A stretch of DNA of 64,000 nt from the NCBI RefSeq assembly GCF_964194155.1, contig NC_135882.1:71796001-71860000 (forward strand). Direction: 5' to 3'. The notes beneath the pieces are model-generated. The model saw only the letters and a program-made list of their open reading frames with translations. It did no database searches and was not told the DNA's origin. The position numbers and the translations under genes were made by a program. The stretch is from Cetorhinus maximus (lineage: Eukaryota). Position 1 is the first letter of the stretch. Every line of letters starts with the position of its first letter. This document shows, piece after piece, positions 38,335 to 51,834 of the stretch.

Positions 38335-39130
38335 AATTACCAACAATAACTTGTACATATGAAATGCCTTAAATGCGTTTCACGAGGCAAAATCAGACAA
38401 AAATGGAGGCCAAGCCAAAGAGGCAGATATTAGGAGGGCTGACCAAAAGCTTGATGAAAGAGGTAGGTTTTAAGGAGGGTCTTAAAATAGGAGAGGGAGG
38501 TGGAGAGACAGAGGTGATTGAGGGAGAGAATTCCCTAAATCTGGGTGCTCAGCTTGGGATTGAATAGGACAGCAAGGTGGTGAGCAGTCTGGTTCCTCCT
38601 GAGATAGTAGGTGTTGAGGATATGGAGTTTATGGCGTAGCCAAAAACAATGGCTTTGATCTTCCCAATGTTTAACTGTAGGAAATTATGGCTCATCCAAG
38701 AGTGAACATTTGCAAAGTGGTTTGGCAGTACAGTGGCTGTAAGGAAGTTGAGAGAAGTGGTGGAGGGGTGGAGCTGGCGGTTGTCCTCCAAGTGGAAGCA
38801 TGTAGATGAGGGAGGCCAAAGATAGGGGATTCCGAGAGGTAATGTTGTGGGGTCAGGGAAAGAAGTCATTGCTGGAGATGCTCTTGATATAAGGCATTGG
38901 ATGGTGTGGTAGACCGTTAAAGGCTGCAGAGAGGTTGAGGAGGGAAAAATACATCACAGTCATTTGTAACTTTGATTTGGGCTGGTCCAGTGCTGTAGCA
39001 GACAGAGGAATCAGATTGGAGAGAATCAAACATGGAGTTGCATGAAAGATAGGCACAGATTTAGCTGGCACCAACATGTTCAAGGAATTTGGAGGGGAAA
39101 GTGAGGTTGGAGTTGGGACAATAGTTTGTA
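38335..39130 (-). mobile_element. L2-type LINE 3' region, degenerate
   Basis: SWMSHNFLQLNIGKIKAIVFG; LLNLSAAF; AACAATAACTTG tail. Confidence 0.75.
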
Positions 39131-39923
39131 AGAATCAAACAGGCTGGCCTGCTTTCCTTCAGATAGATTGACCTCTTGTTATTGGCTGGTGTTCTCTTGA
39201 GGAAAGGATGTTTCCATTTTTAGCACCTGCTAATTCAAAATGAACCAGGATATGTCTGCTGTCTGTCCATTCTTTTGCTATAACGTGGCGACGTATAATC
39301 CATATTCCATTTTTACATATATAGTTTGAAGCGAGATGAATCTTGGACCCATTAGAATTACAATGAATAACTTTATGCCTTTTTTCTACAACAATACATT
39401 GTGTTTCATGTACACCCACTGATGGATCCAAAACAGCTCCGATTGTTTCAGCTCCACTGAGATCACTCAAAAGATGTGCTGAAGCAATGGAATAATGTTT
39501 CTGCTTGTTGACTCCAATGTAACACTTCATAGATAATTTTAATGTAACAAGCCAGGCAAGAAAACCATTGATTTCAATGGAGAGTAAAATCAGGCAGGTA
39601 CCTGATTCTGTTGGCTTCCCGATAGGTGGGTAAGCTTTAGAATTACTTCCGAATTGGAGTCTCCAGTTTCTTGCAATCCTTTGCACATTTTGCATTATAA
39701 GGCACAATATAGCTATAATTTTAACCTATTAATTAGAATGATTTTAGAATGGCCAGTAAGGGTGCATGGTCAGTGAGGGAGACTTCACCTGAGTGAGACA
39801 GAGACCGAGTGAGTGTAATTGAGAATTTGGTTCAAAGTGGGGATTCGGTACATAGGGGGAAAGAGGTGCTTTAGGTAAGGTTTACTGCAAGAAGTAGTGT
39901 GCTGAGTTGAGTTTGGTGAAGGG

Positions 39924-40076
39924 CTTACCTGGTGGGGGAGAGACCATGATCATGAAGGTAGTTCTCCCGGGACGAGGCTAGCCCATTGCACTTTGGGTGT
40001 GCTGACACCTGCGATCACCCCATATGCGGTATACTCGACTGCAAAATTTGTGGTAGTGGGGGACTGTGTTCACGCT
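39924..40076 (+). pseudogene. U1: U1 snRNA retrocopy, near full length
   Basis: CTTACCTGG..GGGAGAGACCATGATCATGAAGG..TTCTCCC, CCATTGCAC (U1A loop), Sm site AATTTGTGG, GGGGACTGTGTTCACGCT; lacks about the first 3 and last 8 nt. Confidence 0.95.
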
Positions 40077-40588
40077 GTAAGGATGTGATTGCACTAGAGA
40101 GAGTGCAGAGGAGATTTACCAGCATGTCGCCTGGGCTGGAGAGTTTTAGCTATGAGGAGAGATTGGATAGACTGGGGTTATTTTCCTTGGAGCAGAAGAG
40201 GTTGAGGGGCCACATGATTGAGATGTATAAAATTATGAGGGACATAGATAGGGTAGAAAGGAAGGAACTTTTCTCCTTGGTGGAGGGATCAATAACCAGG
40301 AGGCATAGTTTTAAGGTAAGGGGCAGGAGGTTTAGAGGGGGTGTGAGGAGGAATATTTTCATCCAGAAAGTGATGGGAATCTGGAACTCACTGCCTGAAA
40401 GGGTGGTAGAGGCAGAAGCCCTCATAATATTTAAGAAGTAGTTGGATGTGCACTTGCGATGCTATGGCATACAAGGCTATGGGCCTAGTGCTGGAAAATG
40501 GGATTAAAATAGTTAGGTACTTGTTTGACTGGCGCAGACTCGATAGGCCGAAGGGCCTTTTTCTGTGCTGTAGACCTCTATGACTCTC
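40077..40588 (+). mobile_element. CR1 3' fragment fused directly to the U1 copy
   Basis: KDVIALERVQRRFT...WNSLPERVVEA; tail CTCTATGACTCT. Confidence 0.93.
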
Positions 40589-43500
40589 TGGTGGTGAGGA
40601 GATGCTTTTTTCTTCAACTCTTTTTCAGCCTCCAGTATTTGATTTCCACTTTGGTGCAGCAGAAGGAGTAGGTAAATCAGTAACTGGTATTATTAGAAAC
40701 TGTGAGTTTTATCAATATTGTAAAGTTTACTAGCAGTGCCAAAACCTATTGGGAGGTGTAGGCTTTATTAATTGTAAATTAATTAGCAATTATTAATTAA
40801 CACATATTGGAGATGGCAGGGCAGATGTCATGCTGCGATTGCAGGATGTGGGAGCTACTGGACACCGGTGTGATCCAGAGTTATTGAGCTGGAAGCCGAG
40901 CTGCAGACATTGCAGCACATCAAGGAGGGGGAAAGTTACCTGGATGCTTTATTCCAGGAGGCAGTCACACCCCTTTGGATAGGGTCTTCTGATTTGGTCA
41001 CTGGTCAGGGACAGTAGGATGTGACTGTAAATGAGACAGGTAAGGGAACCCACAGGGTAGGAGCGCAGGAGCCTCGGCCAATGCAATTGTCCAACAAGTT
41101 TGAGGTTTTTTCAGTTTGTTTGGATGAGGGTGGAGGCCGCAGGGTGGATGAGCTAACTGGCCATGGCACCATAGTACAGGAAGCCATTCACATAGGGGGA
41201 GGAACAAGGAATGTAGTAGTAGTAAGGGACAGTATAGTTAGAAGGATTGACATCATTCTCTGCAGCAAAGCGCGTGAGTCCAGATGGCTGTGTTGCCTGC
41301 CTGGTGCTAGGGCTTAGGACCTCTGCTTGTGGATGGAGAGCAACTTGCAGTTGCAGGGGGAAGACCCAGTTGTCATGGTCCAAGTAGGTACCAACGACGT
41401 AGCCAGGACAAAGAATGAGGTTTAGTACGAGGAGCTTGACACCAAATTAGGAAGCAGAACCTCAAAGGTCATAATCTCTGGATTATCACCTGAGCCACAT
41501 GCAGATTGGCAAAGAACAAATCAGATTAGGGAGATGAATGCATGGCTTAAAGACTGGTGTGGGAGAAGTGGGTTCTGGTTTATGGGGCACTGGCACCAGT
41601 ACTGGGGAAAGTGGGAAATGTACCGTTGGGACAGTCTGCACCTGAACAGTGCTGGGACCAGTGTTCTTGTGAGCCACATAGCTAGAGAAGTAGAAAGGGT
41701 TTTAAACTAAGTAGTGGGGGCAAGGGATCAAATTTGGGAAGATGTGGTAAACCAAAGAGTAGAAACAAGACAAAAGAGAAAGCTATTATTACAGGAAATT
41801 AAAACCAGACCATGACAGGAAGGGATAGAGAGTACAAACCTAACAAATCCAACAGCTGAGACTAGAGGCTATAAAAAGAATAAAAGGACAAAACTAAAGG
41901 TCCTGTATCTGAATGCACAAAACATTCGAAACAAAACAGATGAACTGAGAGCGCACATAGAAATAAATAAGTACGATTTGATAGCCATTATGGAGACATG
42001 GCTGCATCAAGATATGGATTGGGACCTGAATATTGAAGGTTACAGGACATTTAGGAAGGACAGGAAGCAAGGAAAAGGTGGAGGGGTGGCTCTGTTAGTT
42101 AATGATGGTATTAGCACAATTGAGAGGAATGACCTAAGTTCAGGAAACCAGGGTGTGGAAACGGTTTGGGTAGAAATGAGAAACGGTAAAGGCAAGAAGT
42201 CACTTGTGGGAGTCGTGTATAGGCCCCTTAATAGTAACCGTATAGTAGGGTGGAGCATAAAGGAAGAAATAATAGGAGCTTGTCAGAAAGACAGGACGAT
42301 AATCATGGGAGATTTTAATCTACAAATAGACTGGAAAAGTCAGATAGGCAAAGATAACCTAGATGAGGAGTTCATAGAAAGTTTTTGGGATAGTTTCTTA
42401 GAACAGCACGTTCTGGAGCCAACCAGGGTGCAGGCTATACTAGACCTGGTATTATGCAATGAGATGGGATTAATTAATGATCTCATAGTGAAGGTGTCCC
42501 TAGTAGCAGCGACCATAATATGATTGAATTTTACATTCAGTTTGAGGGAGAGAGGAGTGGGTCCAAGACCATGTTTTTAAACTTAAATAAGGGCAATTAT
42601 GAGGACATGAAAGCAGAGCTGGCTAAAGTGAATTGGCAAATTAGGTTAAGGGATAGATGAATAGAGATGCAGTGGCAAACATTTAAGGGGATCTTTCAGA
42701 ATACACAGTATAGATACATTCCAACAAGTAAGAAAAAGTCCAAGGGATGGACACACCATCTGTGGTTAACTGGAAAAGTTAAAGATAGTATCAGACTTAA
42801 AGAAAATACTTATAATTGTGCAAAGACAGATGGAAGGTCATAAGATTGGACAGAATATAAGGAACAGCAAAGGATGACTAAGAGATTAATAAGGAGGGAA
42901 AATTCAGAGTACGAGGGAAAGCTAGCCAGAAATAGAAAAACAGATAGTAAGAGTTTCTATAAATATTTAAAAAAGAAACAAGTTAACAAAGTGAGCGTTG
43001 GTCCTATAGAAAATGAGTCTGGAGAATTGATAATGGAAAACCCAAGGAGATGGCAGATGAATTCAACAGGTTTTTTGCAAGAGTATTCACTATAGAGGAT
43101 ACAAGTAACATCCCAGAAGCAGCTGTAAATCAGGAAATGGAAGGGAGGGAGGAACTCAGGAAAATTACAATCACCAGAGAAATAGCACTGAGTAAATTGT
43201 TGGAACTGCGGGCTGACAAGTGTCCGGATCCTGATGGACTTCATCCTAGGATGTTAAAAGAAGCGGCTAGTGAGATAGTGGATGCATTGGTTTTAATTTT
43301 CCAAAACTCCCTAGATTCGGGGAAGGTCCCATTAGATTGGAAGATAGCAAATCTAACTCTGCTATTCAAAACAGGAGGGGGACAAAGCAAGAAACTACAG
43401 GCCATTTAGCTTAACATCTGTTGTAGGGAAAATGTTAGAAGCCATTATTAAAGAAGTTATAGCAAGGCATTTGGATAAATCCAAGGTCATCAGGCAGAGT

Positions 43501-45346
43501 CAGCATGGTTTTGTGAAAGGGAAATCATGTTTAACCAACTTATGTTACTTCCTCAAAGAACTCAAGTATGCCGTGGATAAAGGGGAACCGGTGGATGTAC
43601 TGTACTTAGATTTCCAGAAGGTATTTGATAAGGTGCCACATCAAAGGTAATTTCGGAAAATAAAAGCTCATGGTATAGGGCGTAAGATATTGGTATGGAT
43701 AGAAGACTGGCTGGCTAACAGGAAGTAGGGAGTAGGCATAATTGGGTCTTTTTCAGGTTGGCAAGGTATAATGAGTGGTGTGCCACAGGGATCAGCGCTG
43801 GGACTTCAACTGTACAATTTATATAAATGACTTGGATGAAGGGGTGGATGGGATGGTTGCTAAATTTGCTGATGACACAAAGATAAGTGGGAAAGTAAGT
43901 TGTGGAGAGGACGTAAGGAGGCTACAAAAAAGATATGGATAGATTAAGTAAGCGGGTAAAGATTTGACAAATGGAGTGTAATGTGGGAAAATGTGAAATT
44001 GTCCATTTTGGCAGGAAAATGAAAGAGAAAGAATATTATCTAAATTGTGACAGATTGCAGAGCTCTGAGATGCAGAGGGATCTGGGCGTCTTAATACATG
44101 AATCGCAAAAGGCTAGTATGTAGGTACAGCAAGTAATTGGGAAAGCTAATAGAATGTTATAATTATTGTGAGGGGAATTGAATACAAAAGCATGGATGTT
44201 ATGCTTCAGTTATACAGAGCACTAATGAGACCACATCTGGAGTACTGTGTTCAGTATTGGTCACCTTATTTAAGGAAGGATGTAAATGCATTGGAAGCAG
44301 GTCAGAGAAGATTTACCAGGCTAATACCTGGAATGGACGGGTTGTCTTATGAGGTAAAGTTGGATAGGCTGGGTTTATATCTGCTGGAGTTTAGAAGAGT
44401 AAGAGGTGACTTGATTGAAACCTATAAGACCCTGAGGGGTCCTGACAGGGTGGATCTGGAAAATGTGTTTCTTCTTATGGCAGAATCTAGAACCAGGCGT
44501 CACTCTTTAAAAATAAGGAGTTGCCCATTTGAAATGGAGATGAGGCAAAACTTTTTCTCTGAGGGTCGTGAGTCTTTAGAACTCTCTTCGTGAAAAGTCG
44601 GTGGAAGCAAAGTGTTTGAATATTTTTAAGGCAGAGGTGGATAGATCCTTGTAAACAAGGGGGTGTTAGCTTACCGGGTGTAGGGGGATGCAGAATTTTA
44701 AGTTACTATCAGATCAGCCGTGATCCTATTGAATGGCGGAGCAGGTTCGAGTGGCCGAATGGCCTACTCATGCTCCTTGTTTGTATGTTCGTATTTTGTT
44801 GGTAGATTTGTTGGTGTATTGGATGCACATGTTGGAACCTGTAAGTCTTTACCAATGACAAAACAACACAGCTAACAACAGTGAGAGTAACAGGGAGCAC
44901 TGAAGGTTACTTGTCTGACCCCACTAGAGCTTCTGAAAGATCTGTGATATGATTTCTTTCTTCTAGATAATTTGTAGCAATTTATGTGAATGGTTTGTTC
45001 GTAACTCACATTTGTGTATATATCTAGGGTTTCATTAACTAGGAGCTTTTTCATTCTTTATCATCTTAATGGCTTGATGTGTCTCTTTTTTCCATTTTGG
45101 GATGGTCAGGCTCCTCCTTGTGTTTTTGATCCACCAAGCCTATGGTATCTTTCTCTGGGGATAGGTTAATTATCATTTGAGCTCTCTATACTTCAATTCC
45201 TCAGATGCTGAGGTGTAGACAGCTTTTAGTGAGTCATATAAATTCTTTTAATTGTTCGTGTCTGCATAAAATTAGATTTTTCTTGCTTTGACATCCATCA
45301 ACTCTTTTTGCATCCTTCTAAGCTTTTACTGGGCCTCATTTCATAG

Positions 45347-46367
45347 ATAAGACCATAAGACATAGGAGCAGAAATTAGGCCATTCGGCCCATCGAGTCTG
45401 CTCCGCCATTCAATCATGGCTGATAAGTTTCTCAACCCCATTCTCCCGCTGTCTCCCCGTAACCTTTGATCCCCTTACCAGTCAAGAACCTATCTATCTC
45501 AGTCTTAAATACACTCAATGACCTGGCCTCCACAGCCTTCTGTGGCAATGAATTCCATAGATTCACCACTCTCTGGCTAAAGAAGTTTCTTCTCATCTCT
45601 GTTCTAAAAGGTCTTCCCTTTACTCTGAGGCTGTGCCCTCGGGTCCTAGTCTCTCCTACTAATGGAAACATCTTCCCCACGTCCACTCTATCCAGGCCTA
45701 TCAGTATTCTGTAAGTTTCAATCAGATCCCCCCCTCATCCTTCTAAACTCCATCGAGTATAGACCCAAGAGTCCTCAAACGTTCCTCATATGTTAAGCCT
45801 TTCATTCCTGGGATCATTCTCGTGAACCTCCCCTGGACCCTCTCCAGGGCCAGCACATCCTTCCTGAGATACGGGGCTCAAAATTGCTCACAATATTCTA
45901 AATGTGGTCTGACCAGAGCCTTATAAAACCTCAGCAGCACATCCCTGCTTTTATATTCTAGTCCTCGCGAAATAAATGTCAACATTGCATTTGCCTTCCT
46001 AACTACCGACTCAACCTGCAAGTTAACCTTAAGAGAATCCTGGACTAGGACTCCCAAGTCCCTTTGCACTCCAAATTTCTGAATTCTCTCCCTATTTACA
46101 AAATAGTCTATGCCTCTATTCTTCCTACCAAAGTGCATGACCTCACACTTGTCCACGTTGTATTCCATCTGCCACTTCTTTGCCCATTCTCCTAACCTGT
46201 CCAAATCCTTCTGCAGCCTCCCCACCTCCTCAATACTACCTGTCCCTCCACCTATCTTTGTGTCATCTGCAAACTTAGCCAGAATACCCTCAGTTCCTTC
46301 ATCTAGGTCATTAATGTATAAAGTGAAAAGTTGTAGTCCCAACACTGACCCTTGCGGAACTCCACTA
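45347..46367 (-). mobile_element. 5'-truncated CR1 LINE, relatively well preserved
   Basis: ORFs 45878-46367 (SGVPQGSVLG, KFADDTK) and 45432-45686; tail GATAAGACCATAAGACATAGG. Confidence 0.93.
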
Positions 46368-46689
46368 GATGAATGTAGCACATATCCTTCGTAGTGACTA
46401 TATTGTTTTTTGCCAGCTGAGCAATGTTGCCCTTTTCTGATGAGGAACGTTGTTTTTATTTTCATTCTCATCAAGCGACTTATAGTGGCCTCTAGAGCTT
46501 AAGATAGCGACCTAAAAATTTTTTGACACTGTCTATATTATAGGTGTAAAACAGAAACCTAAACACACACTACAATCGTCAGCTTTGTTAAACTTCTTAC
46601 AGCCAGTTGGTAAAGGAAAAGACCAGATGTCAATCTTTACTCAGTTTTAGATTGACCACCACTGGTGCCAATAATATCCTCTTTTGAGC

Positions 46690-47320
46690 AAACAATAATC
46701 AAATTAATTAACAACCCCTTAAAGGGGCACTGGAGTCTACCTCAGCTGGAATGGAGATTGAGTCGTGTGTTGTAGCTGTTAATCTAATCCACATACCAGC
46801 TCTCAAGCCAATGGAGTTAACTGGCTTAAAATGTGACCCTGGAACTAAAAGTCCATTATGTATCAATTCAATTGAGCTACCTGGGCTGTGTCTCTTTATA
46901 CTCTTTAGTATATCAATAAAACAAATGAACAAATTAACTAATGACAAGCCCATTAAAGGGGCACTGTAACAAACACAAAACTATAATAGAAACTTATTAC
47001 ATTAAAATGACATTTTTGGGGGAGATGAGGCACTCCATTCCCTGTGGTGCCCACTTGTTGCAGAAGGCAATGCCTTTTATTTATTTTTTGAGTAAACTAA
47101 CCCAAATAAACAAATTAATTAGTTAACAATCCCAGTGTCTGTTTATACTCTTGTGTAAAATCAAATAAACTAATTAATGATTTAACTGCCCCTTAAAGAT
47201 GCACTAGAACAAAAACAAAACTTTAAAGGAAACTTAACAAATTAAAATAACATTGACATTGACTGTAACTAAAAGCAAAAACTTCAACAGAAACTTGTCA
47301 AAATTAAATTAAAATAATAT
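46690..47320. repeat. Imperfect ~200-230-bp modular repeats (probable Tx1-like 3' UTR or target array)
   Basis: AAATTAA..AAC..CCC(T/A)TTAAAGGGGCACTG at ~46703, ~46931, ~47165; GTGTCT(C/G)TTTATA at ~46888, ~47135, ~47763. Confidence 0.5.
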
Positions 47321-47730
47321 TTTGGAGTCTGGTGATGCCCTGTGGCATCCACCAATCACAGAAGCCCTCAAGCATACAGGCAGACACCGGGTGCTTCCTC
47401 TCCAAGGACATCAGGGCTAGATGTAACCACTGGAGAGAGGCAGATAGTCAGGCCAAACAACCGCCTCGCTGCCTGGGCCTCTTAATGGCCGCCTTGACCA
47501 GGCCCAGGAGCAGGCTTACGAGAAAGTCCTCCTCCCTCCATGCCCCCCTCCATACCGGGTGACCAAAGATCAGGAATGTGGGGCTGAAGTGCAAACAGAA
47601 CTTGAGGAGCAGCTCCCTCATCAAGTGGGACAGGGTCTGTAAGCTCACACACCCTATGAAGACGTGGAACATGGACTCCTCGAGTCTGCAGAAAAGACAG
47701 GTGGCTTGGGATACTCTTTTGAGGAATCTA
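47320..47730 (-). mobile_element. L1/Tx1-clade LINE ORF2 C-terminal fragment
   Basis: CCHC-type CLFCRLEESMFHVFIGC followed by FSPTFLIFG..LLLGLVKAAI. Confidence 0.7.
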
Positions 47731-48904
47731 ATAAACAAATGAACAACCTCTTAAAGAGGTGGGTGTCTCTTTATATGTGTACACGTAATCCTTCAATGAG
47801 TGCCCCTCTACTTCTAGACACTTAACCATAATTTATACAATTAGTGAGCACAGCCCACATATTCCATTACCGCCAGGCATGTTGATAAATACAGAATTGT
47901 AGGCCTCCAGGTGTTATGCAAATAGAGGGCATAAAATCTTTTCAAGACCTCTTCCTCAAAAAAGCTGTCAGTCAGGTTACCATATTGCTTATCCAGTCAT
48001 CTTCAAAGGAATTGCTGGAGACTACCATCAAAAAGGTAAGTGGAACCACAATTCTATTGCAGTCTCTGTTGTCGGCATCCAAACTGTCCCCTACCAGCCA
48101 CCTCCCTCCTCCCCCATTCTTCTCCCAGGACCTACCTGAGGGCCACTGCTAGTGATGCAGTGTTGTAAAATTTAACTGCACCAGCAAGCTGTTTGGGGTC
48201 ATACAGCAGGCGTCTATAGCTTGCTGGTCTAATTTAAATAAAGCCTGAGGCTCAATATTGAGCGTGCCATGGACCTATTCGTCCCAGCACAAGGATGGCT
48301 TCCTGCACATAGTTCATGTTGGTAGGTCGGCAATATCCAGTTTCAACCAGTCTTCGTAAAGTAATCATCCATTACTGCTCACGCTGTCTGCCAGTTTTCA
48401 GAATAACATCTCGCCATGATTCTTGAAACTTCTTCAAATCGAAGCATCCACATCTTCAAGATCCATCAGTTTGTCTGGAGCTGCCTCTAACCTGGTAACT
48501 TCCAAGGCTGAGGGAGAACTTATTACAGCTGTATATCTCTTGTGTTGTTTATGCATTTTGGTTGACATATTAACCCAATGAGATAAACTGGATGATGTTT
48601 GTCTTATGGTAGGAGACAACAGAATGTCTTAATGACAAATATTATGGTTTGGGTCGTCTTCCTACAATTTAACTTGTGTTTAAAAGGCAGCTTTCATAAG
48701 AAGACCATCTCATGCAAAACCTGTACTCGTATGCATGCACTAGTGGAATAGCATGCTACAAGGCTACCATTTATCCTTTACTATATCTGGCAAGGTCAGT
48801 TTATCATTCTGCCAGCAAGGATTTGGACCCCGCATAGCTAGTTCCAGGAACTTTCAGCTGGTGTCTCTAAAACAGCCCTATAGTGTAAACAGAAATAATT
48901 TTTA

Positions 48905-51690
48905 GATAAGATAAGACAAGATGTAGGAGCAGAAATAGGTCATTCGGCCCATCGAGTCTGCTCCACCATTCCACGAGATCATGGCTGATCTGATAATCCT
49001 CAACTTCACTTTCCTGCCTTTTCCCCATATGCCTTGATTCCCTTACTGATTAAAAATCTGTATCTTAGCCTTGAATGTACTTAATGACCCAGCCTCTACA
49101 ACCCTCTGCGGTAAAGAATTCCACAGATTCACCACCCTCTGAGAGAAGAAATTCCTCTTCATCTCTGTTTTAAATGGACGCCCCCTTACTCTGAGATTAC
49201 GCCCTCTGGTCCTAGATTCTTCCACAAGGGGAAACAACCTCAGCATCTACCCTGTCAAGCCCCCTAAGAATCTTATATGTTTCAATAAAGTGGCCTCTCA
49301 TTCGTCTAAACTCCAATGAGTACAGGCTCAACCTCTTCTCATAAGAAAATCCCTTCATCCCTGGGATCAACCTAGCAAACCTTCTCTGGACTGCCTCCAA
49401 TGCCAGCACATCTTTCCTTAGATAAGGGAACGAAAACTATTCACAGTATTCTAGGTGTGGCCTAATTAGTGCCTTATATAGTTTTAGCAAGACTTCCCTA
49501 TTTTTATACTCCATTCCCTTTGAAATAAAGGCCAACGTTCCATTTGCCTCACCTATTATCTGCTGAACTTGTATGCTAGCTTTTTGGGATTCATGAGGGC
49601 CCCCAAATCCCTCTGTGCTGCAGCTTTCTTCAGTCTTTCTCCATTTAAATAATATTCTGCTCTATTCTTCCTGCCAAAGTGCATAACCTCACACTTTCCC
49701 ATATTTATATTCCATCTGCCACAATTTTTGCCCACTCACTTAACCTGTCTATATCCATCTGTAGACTCTTTGTGTCATCCTCACCACTTGCCTTCCCATC
49801 TATTTTTGTGTCATCCACAAACTTGGCGATAGTACATTCATTTCCCTCATCCAAGTCATTAATATACATTATAAATGATTGTGGCCCTAGCACTGATCCT
49901 TGTGGCACTCCACTAGTTAAAGGTTGCCATCCTGAAAATGCCCCTCGTACCCCAAATCTCTGTCGTCTATTAGTTAGCCAGTCCTCTATCCATACTAATA
50001 TACTGCCCCCAACACCATGGGCTCTTATCTTATTAAGTAGCCTTATGTGTGGTACCTTATCAAACACCTTTTGTAAATCTGAATATATTACACCTACTGG
50101 TTCCCCTTTACCTATCATGCTTGTTACCTCCTCAAAGAATTCTAATAAATTTGTCAGGCATGATTTCCCCTTCATGAAGCCATGTTGACTCTGCTTTATT
50201 AGATTATGCATTTCTAAATGCTCTGCTAATATGTCCTTTAAAATAGACTCCAACATTTTCCCAATGACAGATGTTAAGCTAACTTACCTATAGTTACCTG
50301 TTTTTTGCCTCCCTCCCTTTTTGAATAAGGGTGTTACATTGGCAGTTTTCCAATCCTCTGAAACTTTTCCAGAATCCAAGGACTCTTAGAAGATTACTAC
50401 CAGTGCACCCACTATCTCTGCAGCCATTTCCTTTAAGATCCTATGATGCAACCCATCAGGTCCAGGGGACTTATCAGCCTTTAGCCCTATTAGTTTCCCT
50501 TCCACTTCTTCTCTAGTGATAGTTATTGTATTTATTTCCCACCCCTTTTTGCCCCATGATTATTTAGTATTTTTGGTATACTATTAGTGTCTTCTACCAT
50601 GAATGCAAAGTATTTATTCAACTCCTCTGCCATTTCCTGGTTCCCCATTATTATTTCCCCAGCCTCATTCTCTAAGGGGCGTATACTGATTTTGGCACCT
50701 CTCTTTTTATATATTTAAAGAAGCTCTTACTCTCTGATTTTATATTACTTGCTAGTTTACCCTCAAAGCTTATTTTCTCCCTCCTTATTATTTTTTGGTC
50801 ATCTTCTGTTGGCTTTTAAAACTTTCCCAATCCTCTTGCTTACCACCAATCTTTGCCACATTTTATGATTTTTCTTTCACTTTGGTACTGTCCTTAACTT
50901 CCTTGGTTTATCCCCTTCCTACAATCCTTCTTCCTCACTGAGATATATCTTTGTTGTGAATCATGAACTATTTTCTTAAACGTCTGCCATTGTTCATCAA
51001 CCGCCTTTTCTGCTAAGCTGCTTTCTGAGTTCACTCCAGCCAACTCTGCCCTCATTTCTTTGTAATTACCCTTATTTAATTTTAGCACAGATGTTTCCAA
51101 ACTAAGTTTCTCACACACAAACTGAATGCTAAGTTCCACCATGTTATGGTCACTGTTTTCTAGGGGATCTTTTATTCTGAGATCATTTATTAAACCTGCC
51201 TCATTACACATTGCCAGATCCAAAATAGCCTGATCCCTGGTTGGATCCACAACATATTGTTCTAGGAAACTGTCCCGAATACACTATGAATTCTTGCTCG
51301 TGGATACCTCTGCCAATTTGATTTTCCCAATCTACATGAAGATTAAAATCACCCATGATTAATTCACTGCTTTTTTTACGTGCCCTCATTATTTCCTGAT
51401 TTATTCTCTGTCCGCCAGCATAGCTACTGTTAGGGGGCCTATAGATTACTCCCACCAGTGTTGTCTTCCCCTTGTTATTTCTTACCTCCACCCATGTGGA
51501 TTCTACACCTTCCGATCCAACATCATTTCTTGCTATCGCACTTACTCCATCTGATAATAACACCCTTTCCTTCCTTCCTACCTGTCTCGAAAAGTCACAT
51601 ACCTCTGAATATTTAGTTCCCAACTTTGATCTCCTTGTAATCGTGTCTCCGTAATGGCTATTAGATCACACCCATTAATCCCTATACTTA
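48905..51690 (-). mobile_element. CR1 LINE ORF2 (EN and RT) with 3' UTR, pseudogenised
   Basis: DLIAITETRLQ, GVIYRPPNS, IMGDFN, PLENSDHNMV, QHGFMKGKSC, GVPQGSVLGP; same subfamily as 9490-11820. Confidence 0.93.
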
Positions 51691-51834
51691 AGTGATGTTT
51701 ATGGAGCTGATCATGTGACTTATTGACATCATCCAAAGACTTTGTTGTCCATTCTGAAACCCTGTTAAAATTTCTAATCATAATTTCATAGTGAGGCAGC
51801 ACAATATCATAAAATAATATGCATGTTTAAAAGA

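Larger units (their letters stand above)
39770..44792 (+). mobile_element. Near-full-length CR1 LINE (5' UTR, ORF1, ORF2 EN and RT), pseudogenised
   Basis: ORF1 from ~40813 with SGNH-esterase-like VVRDSIVR, QVGTNDV, WDSLHLN; EN IAIMETWL, GGGVALLV, IMGDFN; RT KFADDTK; tail TGTTTGTATGTTCGTAT. 5' boundary approximate. Confidence 0.9.

Noticed and set aside
39924-40076. Functional U1 snRNA gene
   Set aside because: Ends are truncated, no recognisable PSE or 3' box, CpG-type substitutions in the SL1 loop and SL4, and it is fused to a LINE tail.
39986-40441. 151-aa ORF as a novel Cys-rich protein
   Set aside because: It is U1-derived sequence read in frame into the CR1 RT C-terminus.
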